64,000 nt of DNA, taken from contig CAWHRE010000010.1 of NCBI GenBank assembly GCA_963831705.1, positions 1,419,412-1,483,411 of the forward strand, written 5' to 3'. The translations under genes and the position numbers were made by a program. This document shows positions 51,791 to 61,105 of this stretch, piece after piece (the first letter of the stretch is position 1; each line of letters opens with the position of its first letter). A model generated the notes under the pieces. The model did no database searches and was not told where the DNA came from. It saw only the letters and a list, made by a program, of their open reading frames with translations. The stretch is from an uncultured Actinomycetota bacterium (lineage in GTDB: Bacteria; Actinomycetota; Actinomycetes; Mycobacteriales; Micromonosporaceae).

Positions 51791-53016
51791 CGCCCGATCG
51801 AGATCTCACGCGTGCGCTGGGAGAGGCCGCCGATCCTCAGGTGGTACGCGCGGCCGGGCCCGACGACACCGTCGGCGGCGTTCAGCCCGGATGGGTCGTC
51901 GCGCCGCCCGATGTCGATGCGCTGTCCCGTGTACTCGCGACCGCCGCAGCTCACGAGCTGACCGTGCTGCCACGCGGCGAGGGCACGAAACTCCACTGGG
52001 GACAGTCGCCGCGCATGGTCGATGTGGTGATCGACATGACCGCGCTGAGCGGCATCTTCGCGCACTACGAGGATGACCTCGTGGCGACGATCGGCGCCGG
52101 TACGCCGGTCCGTGCCGTCCAGGCCGTACTCGAGCGATCCGGCCAGCGACTCGCGGTCGATCCTGGCTCACCCGATGCGACGATCGGCGGCATGCTGGCG
52201 ACCGGCGAGGCCGGGCCGCTGCGCATGCGACATGGAGCGCCACGCGATCTCCTGCTCGGCACCGAATTCGTACGGGCCGACGGCACGATCGCGCACTCCG
52301 GCGGCCGGGTGGTGAAGAACGTCGCCGGCTACGACCTCGGCAAGCTGCTGGCCGGCTCCTGGGGAACGCTCGGCGTGATCGCGAGCGCCACCATGCGACT
52401 CCAGCCGCTGCCGGCCGACCGGGCCTGGGTGACCCGCACGGTTCGCAGTCCGCTGGAGATGCACGATCTCGTCGGTGAGTTGCTGGACAGCCCGATCGAC
52501 CCGGCCGCGATCGAGGTCGACCTGCCCGAGTCCGGTCCGAGTTCGCTGGTCGTACTGGTCGAAGGTTCGGTTCCCGGCGTCGCCGTCCGCGCCCGCACGC
52601 TGGTGTCGCTACTCGGCGGCGACGCGGTCTCGCACGATGTACCGCCGGCGTGGTGGGGCCGGTACCCGACGGGGGACGTGACGCTGCGGATGGCGGTACC
52701 GGTTGCGGATCTGCACGCCGCGATCTACTCGCTACGGGACTCGGTCGGCGCCGCGGTTCCGATCCGGGGCAGCGCGGGCAGCGGTGTCTGCTACGCCGTC
52801 GTACGCGCGGAAAACGCCGAACTCGCCCTGGATGCGGTCCGGACGACGTTGCTCGCCCGAGGTGGAAACTGTGTCGTGGTCACGGCACCGGCGGACGTAC
52901 GCGCGAAGCTCAACGTCTGGGGCGACATCGACGGCCTCGATCTCATGCACGCCGTGAAGGCACGCTTCGATCCGTCCGGCGTGTTCGCACCGGGCCGATT
53001 CGTCGGGGGCATCTGA
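51784..53016 (+). CDS. glcE: FAD-binding glycolate oxidase subunit GlcE-like
   Basis: The GTG start overlaps the glcD stop. Has an FAD PCMH domain (PRGEGTKLHWG, VKNVAGYDLGKLLAGSWGTLGVI). The 894-aa track ORF fuses it to out-of-frame glcD sequence. Confidence 0.8.
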   Translation: MVTPDRDLTRALGEAADPQVVRAAGPDDTVGGVQPGWVVAPPDVDALSRVLATAAAHELTVLPRGEGTKLHWGQSPRMVDVVIDMTALSGIFAHYEDDLVATIGAGTPVRAVQAVLERSGQRLAVDPGSPDATIGGMLATGEAGPLRMRHGAPRDLLLGTEFVRADGTIAHSGGRVVKNVAGYDLGKLLAGSWGTLGVIASATMRLQPLPADRAWVTRTVRSPLEMHDLVGELLDSPIDPAAIEVDLPESGPSSLVVLVEGSVPGVAVRARTLVSLLGGDAVSHDVPPAWWGRYPTGDVTLRMAVPVADLHAAIYSLRDSVGAAVPIRGSAGSGVCYAVVRAENAELALDAVRTTLLARGGNCVVVTAPADVRAKLNVWGDIDGLDLMHAVKARFDPSGVFAPGRFVGGI

Positions 53017-54236
53017 TGGACGTCGGCAAGCTCACGGATGCCTGCGTCCACTGTGGTTTCTGCTTGCCAACGTGCCCGACGTACCAATTGACCGGCGAGG
53101 AGACGCAGTCGCCGCGCGGCCGCATCCACCTGCTGCGCCAGTTGCTGGACGGCACGGCGACGGCGCAGGAAGTGGCCGCACCGATCGACACGTGCCTCGG
53201 CTGCCTCGCGTGCGTGCCGGCGTGTCCGTCCGGCGTCGAGTACGAACCGATCATCGAAGCGGCCCGCGAACTCGTGGTCGACGCCCGCCCCGCCCGGGAA
53301 CGTCTCGCCCGGGAGGCGCTGTTCACTGTCCTCCCGTACGCCCGGCGGTTGCGGCTGGCGAGCGTACCGCTGAAGGTCTTTCCGCAGTTGGGGTCGCTCG
53401 ACCCCGCGTTTTCCGCGGCGGCCGACCTGGCACCGCGCCGGCCCCCCGCGGCACGTTCGCTACCACCGCGTGTGGCCGCTCGGGGGCTGCGACGTGCCGT
53501 CGTGGGCCTGCTGACCGGGTGCGCGCAGTCGGCGTTCTTCCCGCATGTGTCGGCGGCGACCACCCGAGTCCTCGCACTGGAAGGCTGCGACGTGGTCATT
53601 CCGCGCCGACAAGGTTGCTGTGGCGCGTTGTCGCTACACGCGGGTCGGGCGGAGGAGGCCCGACGATTCGCGCGAAGGGTCGTCGCGACGTTCACGCGAG
53701 CGAACGTCGATGTGCTCGTCACCGATGTCGCGGGCTGTGGTTCGGCGATGAAGGGGTACGCGCGCCTGCTCGCCGACGATCCACTGTGGTCGCGGCGGGC
53801 GGACGAACTGGCCGCGAAGGTCCGCGACGTGTCCGAATTCGTTGCCTCGCTGGAACCGGTCGCGCCACGGCGGCCGATGCCGATCACGGTCGCGTACCAC
53901 GACGCGTGCCACCTCGCGAACGGTCAGGGCGTCCGCGACGCACCGCGAGCGCTGCTGGCGAGCATCCCCGAGTTGCGGATCGTCGAACTCGGCGACGGTG
54001 GCACGTGCTGCGGCTCGGCCGGTACGTACAACCTGTTCGAACCGGAGACCGCAACCGAACTGGGCGACCGCAAGGCGGCCGCGATCGCGGCGACGCGCGG
54101 CACCGTGGTGGCGGCCGGCAACCCGGGCTGCCTCTTGCAGATCGAACACGCGCTGCGTCGAGCAGGTAGCACCACAACGACACGCCACACGATCGAGATC
54201 CTGGACGCCGCCCTCTGGCCCCAACGAGTTAATTAG
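53016..54236 (+). CDS. glcF: glycolate oxidase iron-sulfur subunit GlcF
   Basis: Starts at MDVGKLTDACVHCGFCLPTCPTY (1-nt overlap with the glcE stop). Has a second cluster CLGCLACVPACP and two CCG cysteine-rich domains. Confidence 0.88.
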   Translation: MDVGKLTDACVHCGFCLPTCPTYQLTGEETQSPRGRIHLLRQLLDGTATAQEVAAPIDTCLGCLACVPACPSGVEYEPIIEAARELVVDARPARERLAREALFTVLPYARRLRLASVPLKVFPQLGSLDPAFSAAADLAPRRPPAARSLPPRVAARGLRRAVVGLLTGCAQSAFFPHVSAATTRVLALEGCDVVIPRRQGCCGALSLHAGRAEEARRFARRVVATFTRANVDVLVTDVAGCGSAMKGYARLLADDPLWSRRADELAAKVRDVSEFVASLEPVAPRRPMPITVAYHDACHLANGQGVRDAPRALLASIPELRIVELGDGGTCCGSAGTYNLFEPETATELGDRKAAAIAATRGTVVAAGNPGCLLQIEHALRRAGSTTTTRHTIEILDAALWPQRVN

Positions 54237-55188
54237 CGCTTCGATGGGTGACGAGCGAAGCCAGGAGGGCTGGGTCCAGGTTTCCGCCGGTCACTACCGC
54301 TACCGTCCGGCCCGGCGGGAGTGACGCTTGGTGGTGCCGGTACGCGGCCGGACCCAGAGCTCCACTTGGCTCGACCACCAGGTGTGACTCGCGCGCCAGC
54401 AGGCCGACCGTCGCCGCGATCTCGTCCTCGCTCACCGTCACAATGTCGTCCACGTACGCCTTGATGTGCGCGAACGTCAACTCACTCGGTTCGGTGCGGA
54501 CACCGTCGGCCATCGTCCGGTACGTCTCCTCTACCGTCCATCGCACCAGCTCACCGGCGCGCAGACTGGCCTGCGTCTCGGCCGCGAACTCGGGCTCGAC
54601 GCCGATCACCGCGACGTCCGGGCGGAGGCCCTTGATCGCCGTGGCCACGCCGGACGCGAGTCCACCGCCACCGATCGGAATCAACACGACCTCGACATCC
54701 GGCCGGTCCGCCAGGATCTCCAGCGCAACCGTGCCCTGACCGGCGATGACATCGACGTGATCGAACGGCGGGATCGGCGTCATCGCACGCTCCGACGCCA
54801 CCTCGGACATCACGGCCAGCCGATCGGCCGGGGCCACGAGGAGAACCTCCGCACCGAGCGCCCGGACTGCGGCGATCTTCATCGCGGGTGACGTTGATGG
54901 CATCACGATCACCGCCGGTACCCCGAACAGCTTCGCCGCGTACGCGAGCGCGCGACCGTGGTTGCCGGAGGAGTGCGTGACCACGCCGTTAGCCCGTACG
55001 TCCTCGGGCAGGCAGGCCATCGCGTGGTACGCGCCCCTGATCTTGAAAGCGCCGATCGGCTGCAGATTCTCGGCTTTGAGCCAAAGGTCGTCGCCGGCCC
55101 ACGGGGCAGCGAGGATCGGCGTACGAACGGCCACTCCGTCCAAGCGGTCAGCGGCACGTCGGATTTCTTCCAGCGAGACGAGGGTCAC
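54229..55188 (-). CDS. PLP-dependent threonine/serine dehydratase family enzyme (catabolic type, no ACT domain)
   Basis: Has the PLP-lysine motif GAFKIRGA, SSGNHG, and the glycine loop GGGGLASG, in 319 aa. Confidence 0.85.
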   Translation of the reverse strand: MTLVSLEEIRRAADRLDGVAVRTPILAAPWAGDDLWLKAENLQPIGAFKIRGAYHAMACLPEDVRANGVVTHSSGNHGRALAYAAKLFGVPAVIVMPSTSPAMKIAAVRALGAEVLLVAPADRLAVMSEVASERAMTPIPPFDHVDVIAGQGTVALEILADRPDVEVVLIPIGGGGLASGVATAIKGLRPDVAVIGVEPEFAAETQASLRAGELVRWTVEETYRTMADGVRTEPSELTFAHIKAYVDDIVTVSEDEIAATVGLLARESHLVVEPSGALGPAAYRHHQASLPPGRTVAVVTGGNLDPALLASLVTHRSAN

Positions 55189-55292
55189 CGGCCCACCGTA
55201 CCGACTGGGGATATTGGGGTTATTGCTACGTGTGTCACGGCAAGCCTCCAGAATCGGGCATAAGGGTTTTCACGTCCACGGCGGGAGGACGC

Positions 55293-56174
55293 ATGGCGGA
55301 TCAGATGAGGTACGAGCAACAGCCCGGCCCGCCGTACCCCGCTCGGCTCGACGTCGGCCGGATCGAATCGCCCAAGATCGACCAGCCCCGCACCGAGCGA
55401 TCCAGGCCCGGAATCGCCGAAGGTTGGCCGGCGCCGCCCGGCGGCTGGCCGGATTCGCAGTGGATGACGACGCCCTACTCGGACAGCGGTGGCACCTCAT
55501 ATTCAGACGACGGTTATGCCGCGTCGACGAAGCCCGAACCGCAGGCGTGGATGACGCCCGCCGTCGCCGAACCGCCATCCGGCGGCCCCCCACCCGGGCA
55601 TCCGCCGGGTCCGACACCACCACACCACGCAGCGCTCCCCGAAAGCGGTCGTCCGAAGCACCTCGGATTGATCCTGTCGATCATCGCCGGCGTAGTGGTG
55701 GTCGGTGTGATCGGCGCCGCCACGACCGCGGCGATCTTCGCCAGCCGGTCGTACCGGGCGGCACAGAAGCAGGCGACGGTCGGCATGGACACGCCGGTAC
55801 GGGATGGGGCGTTCCAGTTCACCGTCGACGGCATGCGCTGCGGGATCCGCGAGATCGGTACGCCCGACGACTACACCGCGCCGACCGGGCAGTTCTGTGC
55901 TGTGACGATGTCGGTAGCGAACGTGGGCAAGTCGCCGGCCGTGTTCGCGGACGCGCTGCAGAAGGCGTACGGGCCGAACGGTGTCTCGTTCATCTCCGAT
56001 TCGGAAGCCGGCCTGTACGCCAACCCGAATCCGGACGTCTTCCTCAACGACATCAATCCGGGTAACCGTGTCCGAGTCGTCGTCGTGTACGACATTCCGG
56101 CGTCGGGCCGCATCCTGAAACTGGAGGTCCACGAGAATCCGGACACCAAGGGCGCGATCATCAAGACGTCATAG
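55293..56174 (+). CDS. DUF4352 domain membrane-anchored protein with a Pro-rich N-terminus
   Basis: GGGAGG lies 5 nt upstream of the ATG. It has one TM helix (LILSIIAGVVVVGVIGAATTAAI). The C-terminal block GQFCAVTMSVANVGKSP...NPGNRVRVVVVYDIP fits the DUF4352 beta-sandwich pattern. Confidence 0.7.
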   Translation: MADQMRYEQQPGPPYPARLDVGRIESPKIDQPRTERSRPGIAEGWPAPPGGWPDSQWMTTPYSDSGGTSYSDDGYAASTKPEPQAWMTPAVAEPPSGGPPPGHPPGPTPPHHAALPESGRPKHLGLILSIIAGVVVVGVIGAATTAAIFASRSYRAAQKQATVGMDTPVRDGAFQFTVDGMRCGIREIGTPDDYTAPTGQFCAVTMSVANVGKSPAVFADALQKAYGPNGVSFISDSEAGLYANPNPDVFLNDINPGNRVRVVVVYDIPASGRILKLEVHENPDTKGAIIKTS

Positions 56175-56224
56175 AGCATGCGCGGTGACCTGATTGAGAC
56201 AATTACTCGGATATCCTGGTCCGC

Positions 56225-56803
56225 ATGTCGTCCCCGAATTCGACCATGATCGACCCGCACGCGCCGGCCGTCTTCCGGCGTACGCCCACGCTGGTCTGGG
56301 CCGGCATCATCACCGTCGCGTTCCTGGTGATCTCGGGCGTGATCGGGTCGGCGTACGTGCATCATGGCTTCTTCTCGGTCATCGCCCCGCTCGCCGCGGT
56401 CACGCCGCTGATCACATTCGCGGTGCTGGGCCTGGCGTGGCCGAGTGTCGTGCTGCGCGACGACGCGATGGCGGTCCGGAACGTGTACGCGACCCACGTC
56501 ATCCCGTACGGGCTGATCAAGGAGGTCGTGTCGATCCGGATCGGTATGTTCATCCGGGTGCACGACGGCCCCAAGATCCCGGTCACCGCGTACGCGAGCG
56601 CCGGAAACTCGGCCCGGGCCTTCGGCCACAAGAAGTCGAATGCCCGGCTGACCGACGCGATCGAGGACAAGATCTCCTGGGCGCCGGCCGACGTTACGGA
56701 CGTCTCCGTCACCCGTACGGTCGACGTCCGCAACATCGTCATCACGATCGCCGCGTTCGTCGTACCGGCGATCGTGATCTTCCTGGCGGTTCTGACCTAC
56801 TGA
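56225..56803 (+). CDS. bacterial PH-domain membrane protein
   Basis: Two N-terminal TM helices are followed by LRDDAMAVRNVYATHVIPYGLIKEVV...VHDGPKIPVTAY, the low-molecular-weight-antigen-6 type PH domain, plus a C-terminal TM helix. Confidence 0.65.
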   Translation: MSSPNSTMIDPHAPAVFRRTPTLVWAGIITVAFLVISGVIGSAYVHHGFFSVIAPLAAVTPLITFAVLGLAWPSVVLRDDAMAVRNVYATHVIPYGLIKEVVSIRIGMFIRVHDGPKIPVTAYASAGNSARAFGHKKSNARLTDAIEDKISWAPADVTDVSVTRTVDVRNIVITIAAFVVPAIVIFLAVLTY

Positions 56804-56806
56804 GTT

Positions 56807-59400
56807 TTACTTGGCGAGCGCCGCGATCTGCGCGGTGATCCGGGCGATGTCGGCCTCAGCGGCGGCGGCCCGATCGCGGATCTTCGCGACCACGGCTTCC
56901 GGTGCCTTACCCAGGAATTCCGCGTTCCCGAGCTTCGCTGCCGTCGCGACCTTCTCCTTCTCCGCCGCCGCCAGGTCTCGCCCGAGGCGGGCGGTCTCGG
57001 CGGCCACATCGATCGTGCCGGAAAGATCGAGCCCGACCGTGACGCCGTTCGCGATCGCAAGCGTTGCGGTCGCGGTGAAATCGTCGGTCGGCTCCTCCAG
57101 ACGGGCGAGCATCCGGATGGCCGGCTCGTGCGCCGCCAGACCGGCCTGGGCGAGCCCATCGACGCGCGTCGGCACGCGCTGACCCGGTCGCAGACCCTGA
57201 TCGCTGCGGAACCGGCGCACCTCGGTGACGACCGCCTGCAACGACGTGATCTCGGCCTCGGCGGCGGCGTCGCGCAGCGACGGGTCGGCCTTCGGCCACT
57301 CCGCGATCACCAGTGACTCGCCGCCGGTCAGCGACGTCCACAGCGTCTCGGTCACGAACGGAATGAACGGGTGCAGCAACCGTAGGACGTTGTCCAAGAC
57401 GTGGCCGAGCACGCGCCGGGTGGTCGTCCGCGCCGGCGCCGGCCAATGAGACCTTCGAAAGTTCGAGGTACCAGTCGCAGAACTCGTCCCACACGAAGTG
57501 GTAGAGCGCGGCGGTGGCCTTCGCGAACTCGTACGCCTCGATCAAGCCGTCGACCTCTTCGATCACCTCGTCGAGGCGGGAGACGATCCAGCGATCGACC
57601 GGTCCGAGATCGGTTGGCAGATCGCCCGCGACGGTCGCACCGTTCAGCATCGCGAAGCGGGACGCGTTCCAGAGCTTGTTGCAGAAGTTGCGGGCGGCGA
57701 CCGACCCACTCCTCGTTCGCGGGCTGGTCGGCGCCGGGGTTCGCGCCGCGAGCGAGCGAGAAGCGCAGGGCATCCGACCCGTACGCGTCCATCCACTCCA
57801 GCGGGTCGACGGTGTTGCCACGCGATTTGCTCATCTTCTTGCCGAACTTGTCACGGACCAGGCCGTGCAGCATCACGGTCCGGAACGGCACCTCGCCGTC
57901 CATCGCGTACAGGCCGAACAGCATCATCCGGACGACCCAGAAGAACAGGATGTCGTACCCGGTGACCAGCAACGACGTCGGATAGAACTTCGCCAGGTCG
58001 GCGGTCTTCGCGGGCCAGCCCATGGTCGAGAACGGCCACAGCGCCGACGAGAACCACGTGTCCAGCACGTCGGGGTCCTGCGACCAACCGGCAGGCGCTG
58101 TCTCACCGGGACCGACGCAGATCATCTCGGTGCCGTCCGGCGAATACCAGACCGGGATCCGGTGACCCCACCACAGTTGACGGCTGATGCACCAGTCGTG
58201 CATGTTGTCGACCCAGTCGAAGTACCGGCTCTTCAGCGACGCCGGCACGATTTCCACGCTGCCGTCGCGTACGGCGTCGCCGGCCGCCTTCGCGAGCTTC
58301 TCCACCCGAACGAACCACTGCAGCGACAGGCGCGGCTCGACCACCGTGTCGCAGCGGGAGCAGTGCCCGACCGAGTGCACGTACGGGCGCTTCTCGGCCA
58401 CGATCCGGCCCTCGGCACGCAGCGCTTCGGTCACGGCCGCGCGGGCAACGAAGCGTTCCATGCCCTGGAACGGACCCTCCGCGGTGATCCGGGCGCCCTC
58501 GTCCATGATCGAGATCATCGGCAGCGCGTGGCGGAGCCCGATCTCGAAGTCGTTCGGGTCGTGCGCCGGCGTGACCTTCACGGCACCGGTACCGAAAGCG
58601 GGATCGACGTGCGCGTCCGCGACGATCGGGATCTGGCGTCCCACCAGCGGAAGCTCGATCGTGGTACCGATCAGGTGCGCGTACCGGGCGTCATCGGGGT
58701 GCACCGCGATGCCGGTGTCGCCCAGCATCGTCTCCACCCGGGTGGTCGCGACGACGATCGAGTTCTCTCCGTCGCCGTACCGGATCGAGACGAGTTCGCC
58801 CTCGTCATCGGCGTGATCGACCTCGATGTCGGAGAGCGCCGTGTGGTCGTTCGGGCACCAGTTGATGATCCGCTCGGCGCGGTAGATCAGACCGTCCTCG
58901 TACAACCGCTTGAAGATCGTCTGAACCGACTGCGACAGACCCTCGTCCATCGTGAAGCGCTCGCGGGACCAGTCGACGCCGGCGCCGAGACGCCGCATCT
59001 GACCGAGGATCTTTCCGCCGTACTCGGCCTTCCACTCCCACACGCGCTCGATGAACGCCTCGCGGCCGATGTCGTGCCGGCTCTTTCCCTCGCTCGCGGC
59101 GAGATGCTTCTCGACCAGGACCTGCGTCGCGATACCGGCGTGATCCATGCCGGGCAGCCACAACACTTCATAGCCCTGCATACGACGTCGACGCATCAGC
59201 GCATCCATCATCGTCTGCTCGAGGGCATGGCCAAGGTGCAGCGATCCGGTGACGTTCGGCGGCGGGATCACGAGGCTGAACGGCGGCTTCTCGCTGGCCG
59301 CATCGGCGGTGAAGTAGCCGCGATCGACCCACCGGTTGTAGAGGACATCCTCTACCCGGGTCGGGTCGTACTGGCTGGCGGTCACGGCATCGCTGGACAT
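56807..59400 (-). pseudogene. valS: valine--tRNA ligase, two +1 frame breaks
   Basis: HIGH ([12 protein letters not shown]) and KMSKS motifs are present. Conserved text passes from ORF 57352-59400 to 56907-57821 (near 57705: ..[14 protein letters not shown]..) and then to 56807-57412 (near 57432: ..[21 protein letters not shown]..), ending in the C-terminal coiled coil. The span is 2594 nt = 3n+2. Confidence 0.9.
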
Positions 59401-59547
59401 TCCACGATGATACGGCTCACGCCTCCGCCCGTTCCCAGCGACGAGGCCGTATCAGAGTGGCAGTTGTGGCGTTAGTAAATGTCTGTTTCGCTAGTTATGT
59501 CGTGAGACCTCAGATATGAAGGTCATACGAGACTTACGGGAGGCGCG

Positions 59548-60263
59548 ATGCGGACCGTTTTGCCGATCGTCATGACCGGATTCCTGGTGGTCGTCACGAG
59601 CGCCGGGACTTCTCCGGCCGCGTCAGCCGTTACTCCCGCTGCGGTCCGGGCCTGCGCGGTAACCCACGCGCCCGGCGTCATGGAGTGCATGGCCCTGCGC
59701 CAGGCCGTTCCGGAGTGAAGTCGATCGGCGAACAAACCCAACTCGACCGGCAGCTCGACCACCCCGGTGTGGCGATCACGGTCAGCACCGGCGACGAAGG
59801 GTACGGCACCGAATACCCGGCCACGTCACGGTTCGTCACTGCGGTCGGTGGCACGTCGCTGCATCGCTCGTCGAACGCACGCGGGTGGACCGAGACGGCG
59901 TGGAGTGGCGGTGGCTCCGGCTGCTCCGCGTACGACCAGAAGCCGGCCTGGCAGACCGTGACCACGAAGTGCGCGAACCGGGCCGATTCCGATGTGTCGG
60001 CGGTGGCCGATCCGAGTACCGGGGTGGCCGTCTATCAAACGTACGGCGGCAACGGCTGGTCGATTTTCGGCGGAACCAGCGCCGCCGCGCCGATCGTCGC
60101 CGCCATGTATGCCCTGGCCGGGCCGCCGGGCGCGACCGACTACCCGGCCTCGTACCCGTACGCGAACGCGGCCCTTTTCCACGACGTCACGTCGGGCAGC
60201 AATGGTGGCTGCGGCTCACGTCTATGTGCCGCGTTGACCGGGGTATCCGTGACCACAAACTGA
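59548..60263 (+). pseudogene. secreted S8/S53 (sedolisin-like) peptidase remnant with an internal deletion
   Basis: GGGAGG plus ATG opens a signal peptide and the start of the pro-region (MRTVLPIVMTGFLVVVTSAG...ECMALRQ), stopping at 59718. A different frame then carries only the C-terminal third (HPGVAITVSTGDEGYG...SAVADPSTGVAVY...GGTSAAAPIVAAMYAL). About 200 aa, including the Asp/His part of the active site, are missing. The 3' end also shows a frameshift and a TGA within the expected GY.GPTG block. Confidence 0.7.
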
Positions 60264-60299
60264 CGGAACCGTTTAGGTGACGGGTGCGTCGGAGAGAGT

Positions 60300-60764
60300 A
60301 TGAGGATGCGTATCCCTGGATTGGTCTTGTTGGTTGTGCTCGCTGCTCTGGCCGGTGGCTGCGCGAGCCGCGCCGCGACGTCCGCGAGTCCGGGCGCGAG
60401 CGTGGCGGGGAGCAGCGTCGCTCCGTCGCCGACCAACTCCTCGGGGTGTCCCACCGAGCTGACGGTGACCGCCACCGACTCGTCGAAGACGTTGTGCGTC
60501 TCGGTCGGCGGACTCGTTCACGTCAACCTGACGGCGGCCGGTCAAAAGCCTTGGTATCCAATCGCGTCCGGCTCGAGCTCGATTCTGGCACCCGCGACCC
60601 CTGACCAGAACTCGGCGGCGCCCGGCGTGCAGACGACGACGTTCAAGGCGATCGCTCCCGGCACGACCGACATCACCTCGGCACATCGAGCCTGCGCACA
60701 GAGCCCAGGCCAGATCTCCTGCAACGCGATCGTGGCCTGGAAGGTCACCATCGACGTGAAGTAA
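60300..60764 (+). CDS. hypothetical lipoprotein (154 aa)
   Basis: Has a signal peptide with lipobox LAGGC, an Ala/Ser-rich linker, then a roughly 100-aa Cys-containing beta-rich domain. GGAGAGAG lies upstream of the ATG. I recognise no family. Confidence 0.6.
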   Translation: MRMRIPGLVLLVVLAALAGGCASRAATSASPGASVAGSSVAPSPTNSSGCPTELTVTATDSSKTLCVSVGGLVHVNLTAAGQKPWYPIASGSSSILAPATPDQNSAAPGVQTTTFKAIAPGTTDITSAHRACAQSPGQISCNAIVAWKVTIDVK

Positions 60765-60859
60765 CCACGTCCGAGGATTTACGGGTCGGCAACAATCTGG
60801 ACGCACCGATGTGACGGCTCGGCCGTCCACTGATACTCGACCCGCCCACAGAGGCGGGG

Positions 60860-61003
60860 CGCCCCTAGGGTTCCGTCATCGGCTGACGAAAGCCGCGCGA
60901 CCAAAGCGTCACGCGACCGGAGTCAATGCGACCGGTGAGCCTGGACCGAGAGGGTCAACGGAGCGACGGCTCCGTCCACGGCGGGATAAAAGCCCGGGAG
61001 ACC
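60860..61003 (+). promoter_or_regulatory. guanidine-I riboswitch (ykkC-yxkD class) aptamer
   Basis: Contains the invariant ykkC blocks CTAGGGTTCCG (60865-75), GGACCGAGAG (60943-52) and ACGGCGGGATAAAAGCCCGGGAGA (60978-61001), in the right order and spacing. It lies upstream of a permease and urea/guanidine-carboxylase accessory genes, the classic genomic context. Confidence 0.88.
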
Positions 61004-61034
61004 AGCACGGTTCGGCGTTCGCGCGCCGGACCGC

Positions 61035-61094
61035 GGTCCCGGGATGCCGCGTCAGAGCCGATCAGGCGAACCGGGACCGTACCCCATCTTTTCT
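61035..61094 (+). terminator. riboswitch expression platform: candidate intrinsic terminator
   Basis: GGTCCCGG (61035-42) pairs with CCGGGACC (61071-78) and is followed by ACCCCATCTTTTCT. A competing short hairpin CCGGACC-GC-GGTCCCGG sits at 61027-43. The SD GAGGG and the ATG at 61106 follow. Confidence 0.5.
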
Positions 61095-61105
61095 GTGAGG
61101 GTGCC

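Noticed and set aside
50332-53016. Apparent 894-aa GlcD-GlcE fusion
   Set aside because: The middle 300 residues are an Arg-rich out-of-frame reading of glcD. glcD continues in frame 2 to 51790, and glcE starts at an overlapping GTG that happens to share the frame of the glcD 5' part.
59401-59547. AT-richer 147-nt spacer between valS and the peptidase remnant, examined for a T-box, tRNA or small RNA
   Set aside because: I could trace no specifier or T-box consensus, cloverleaf or stable stem. It most simply holds the two divergent promoters.
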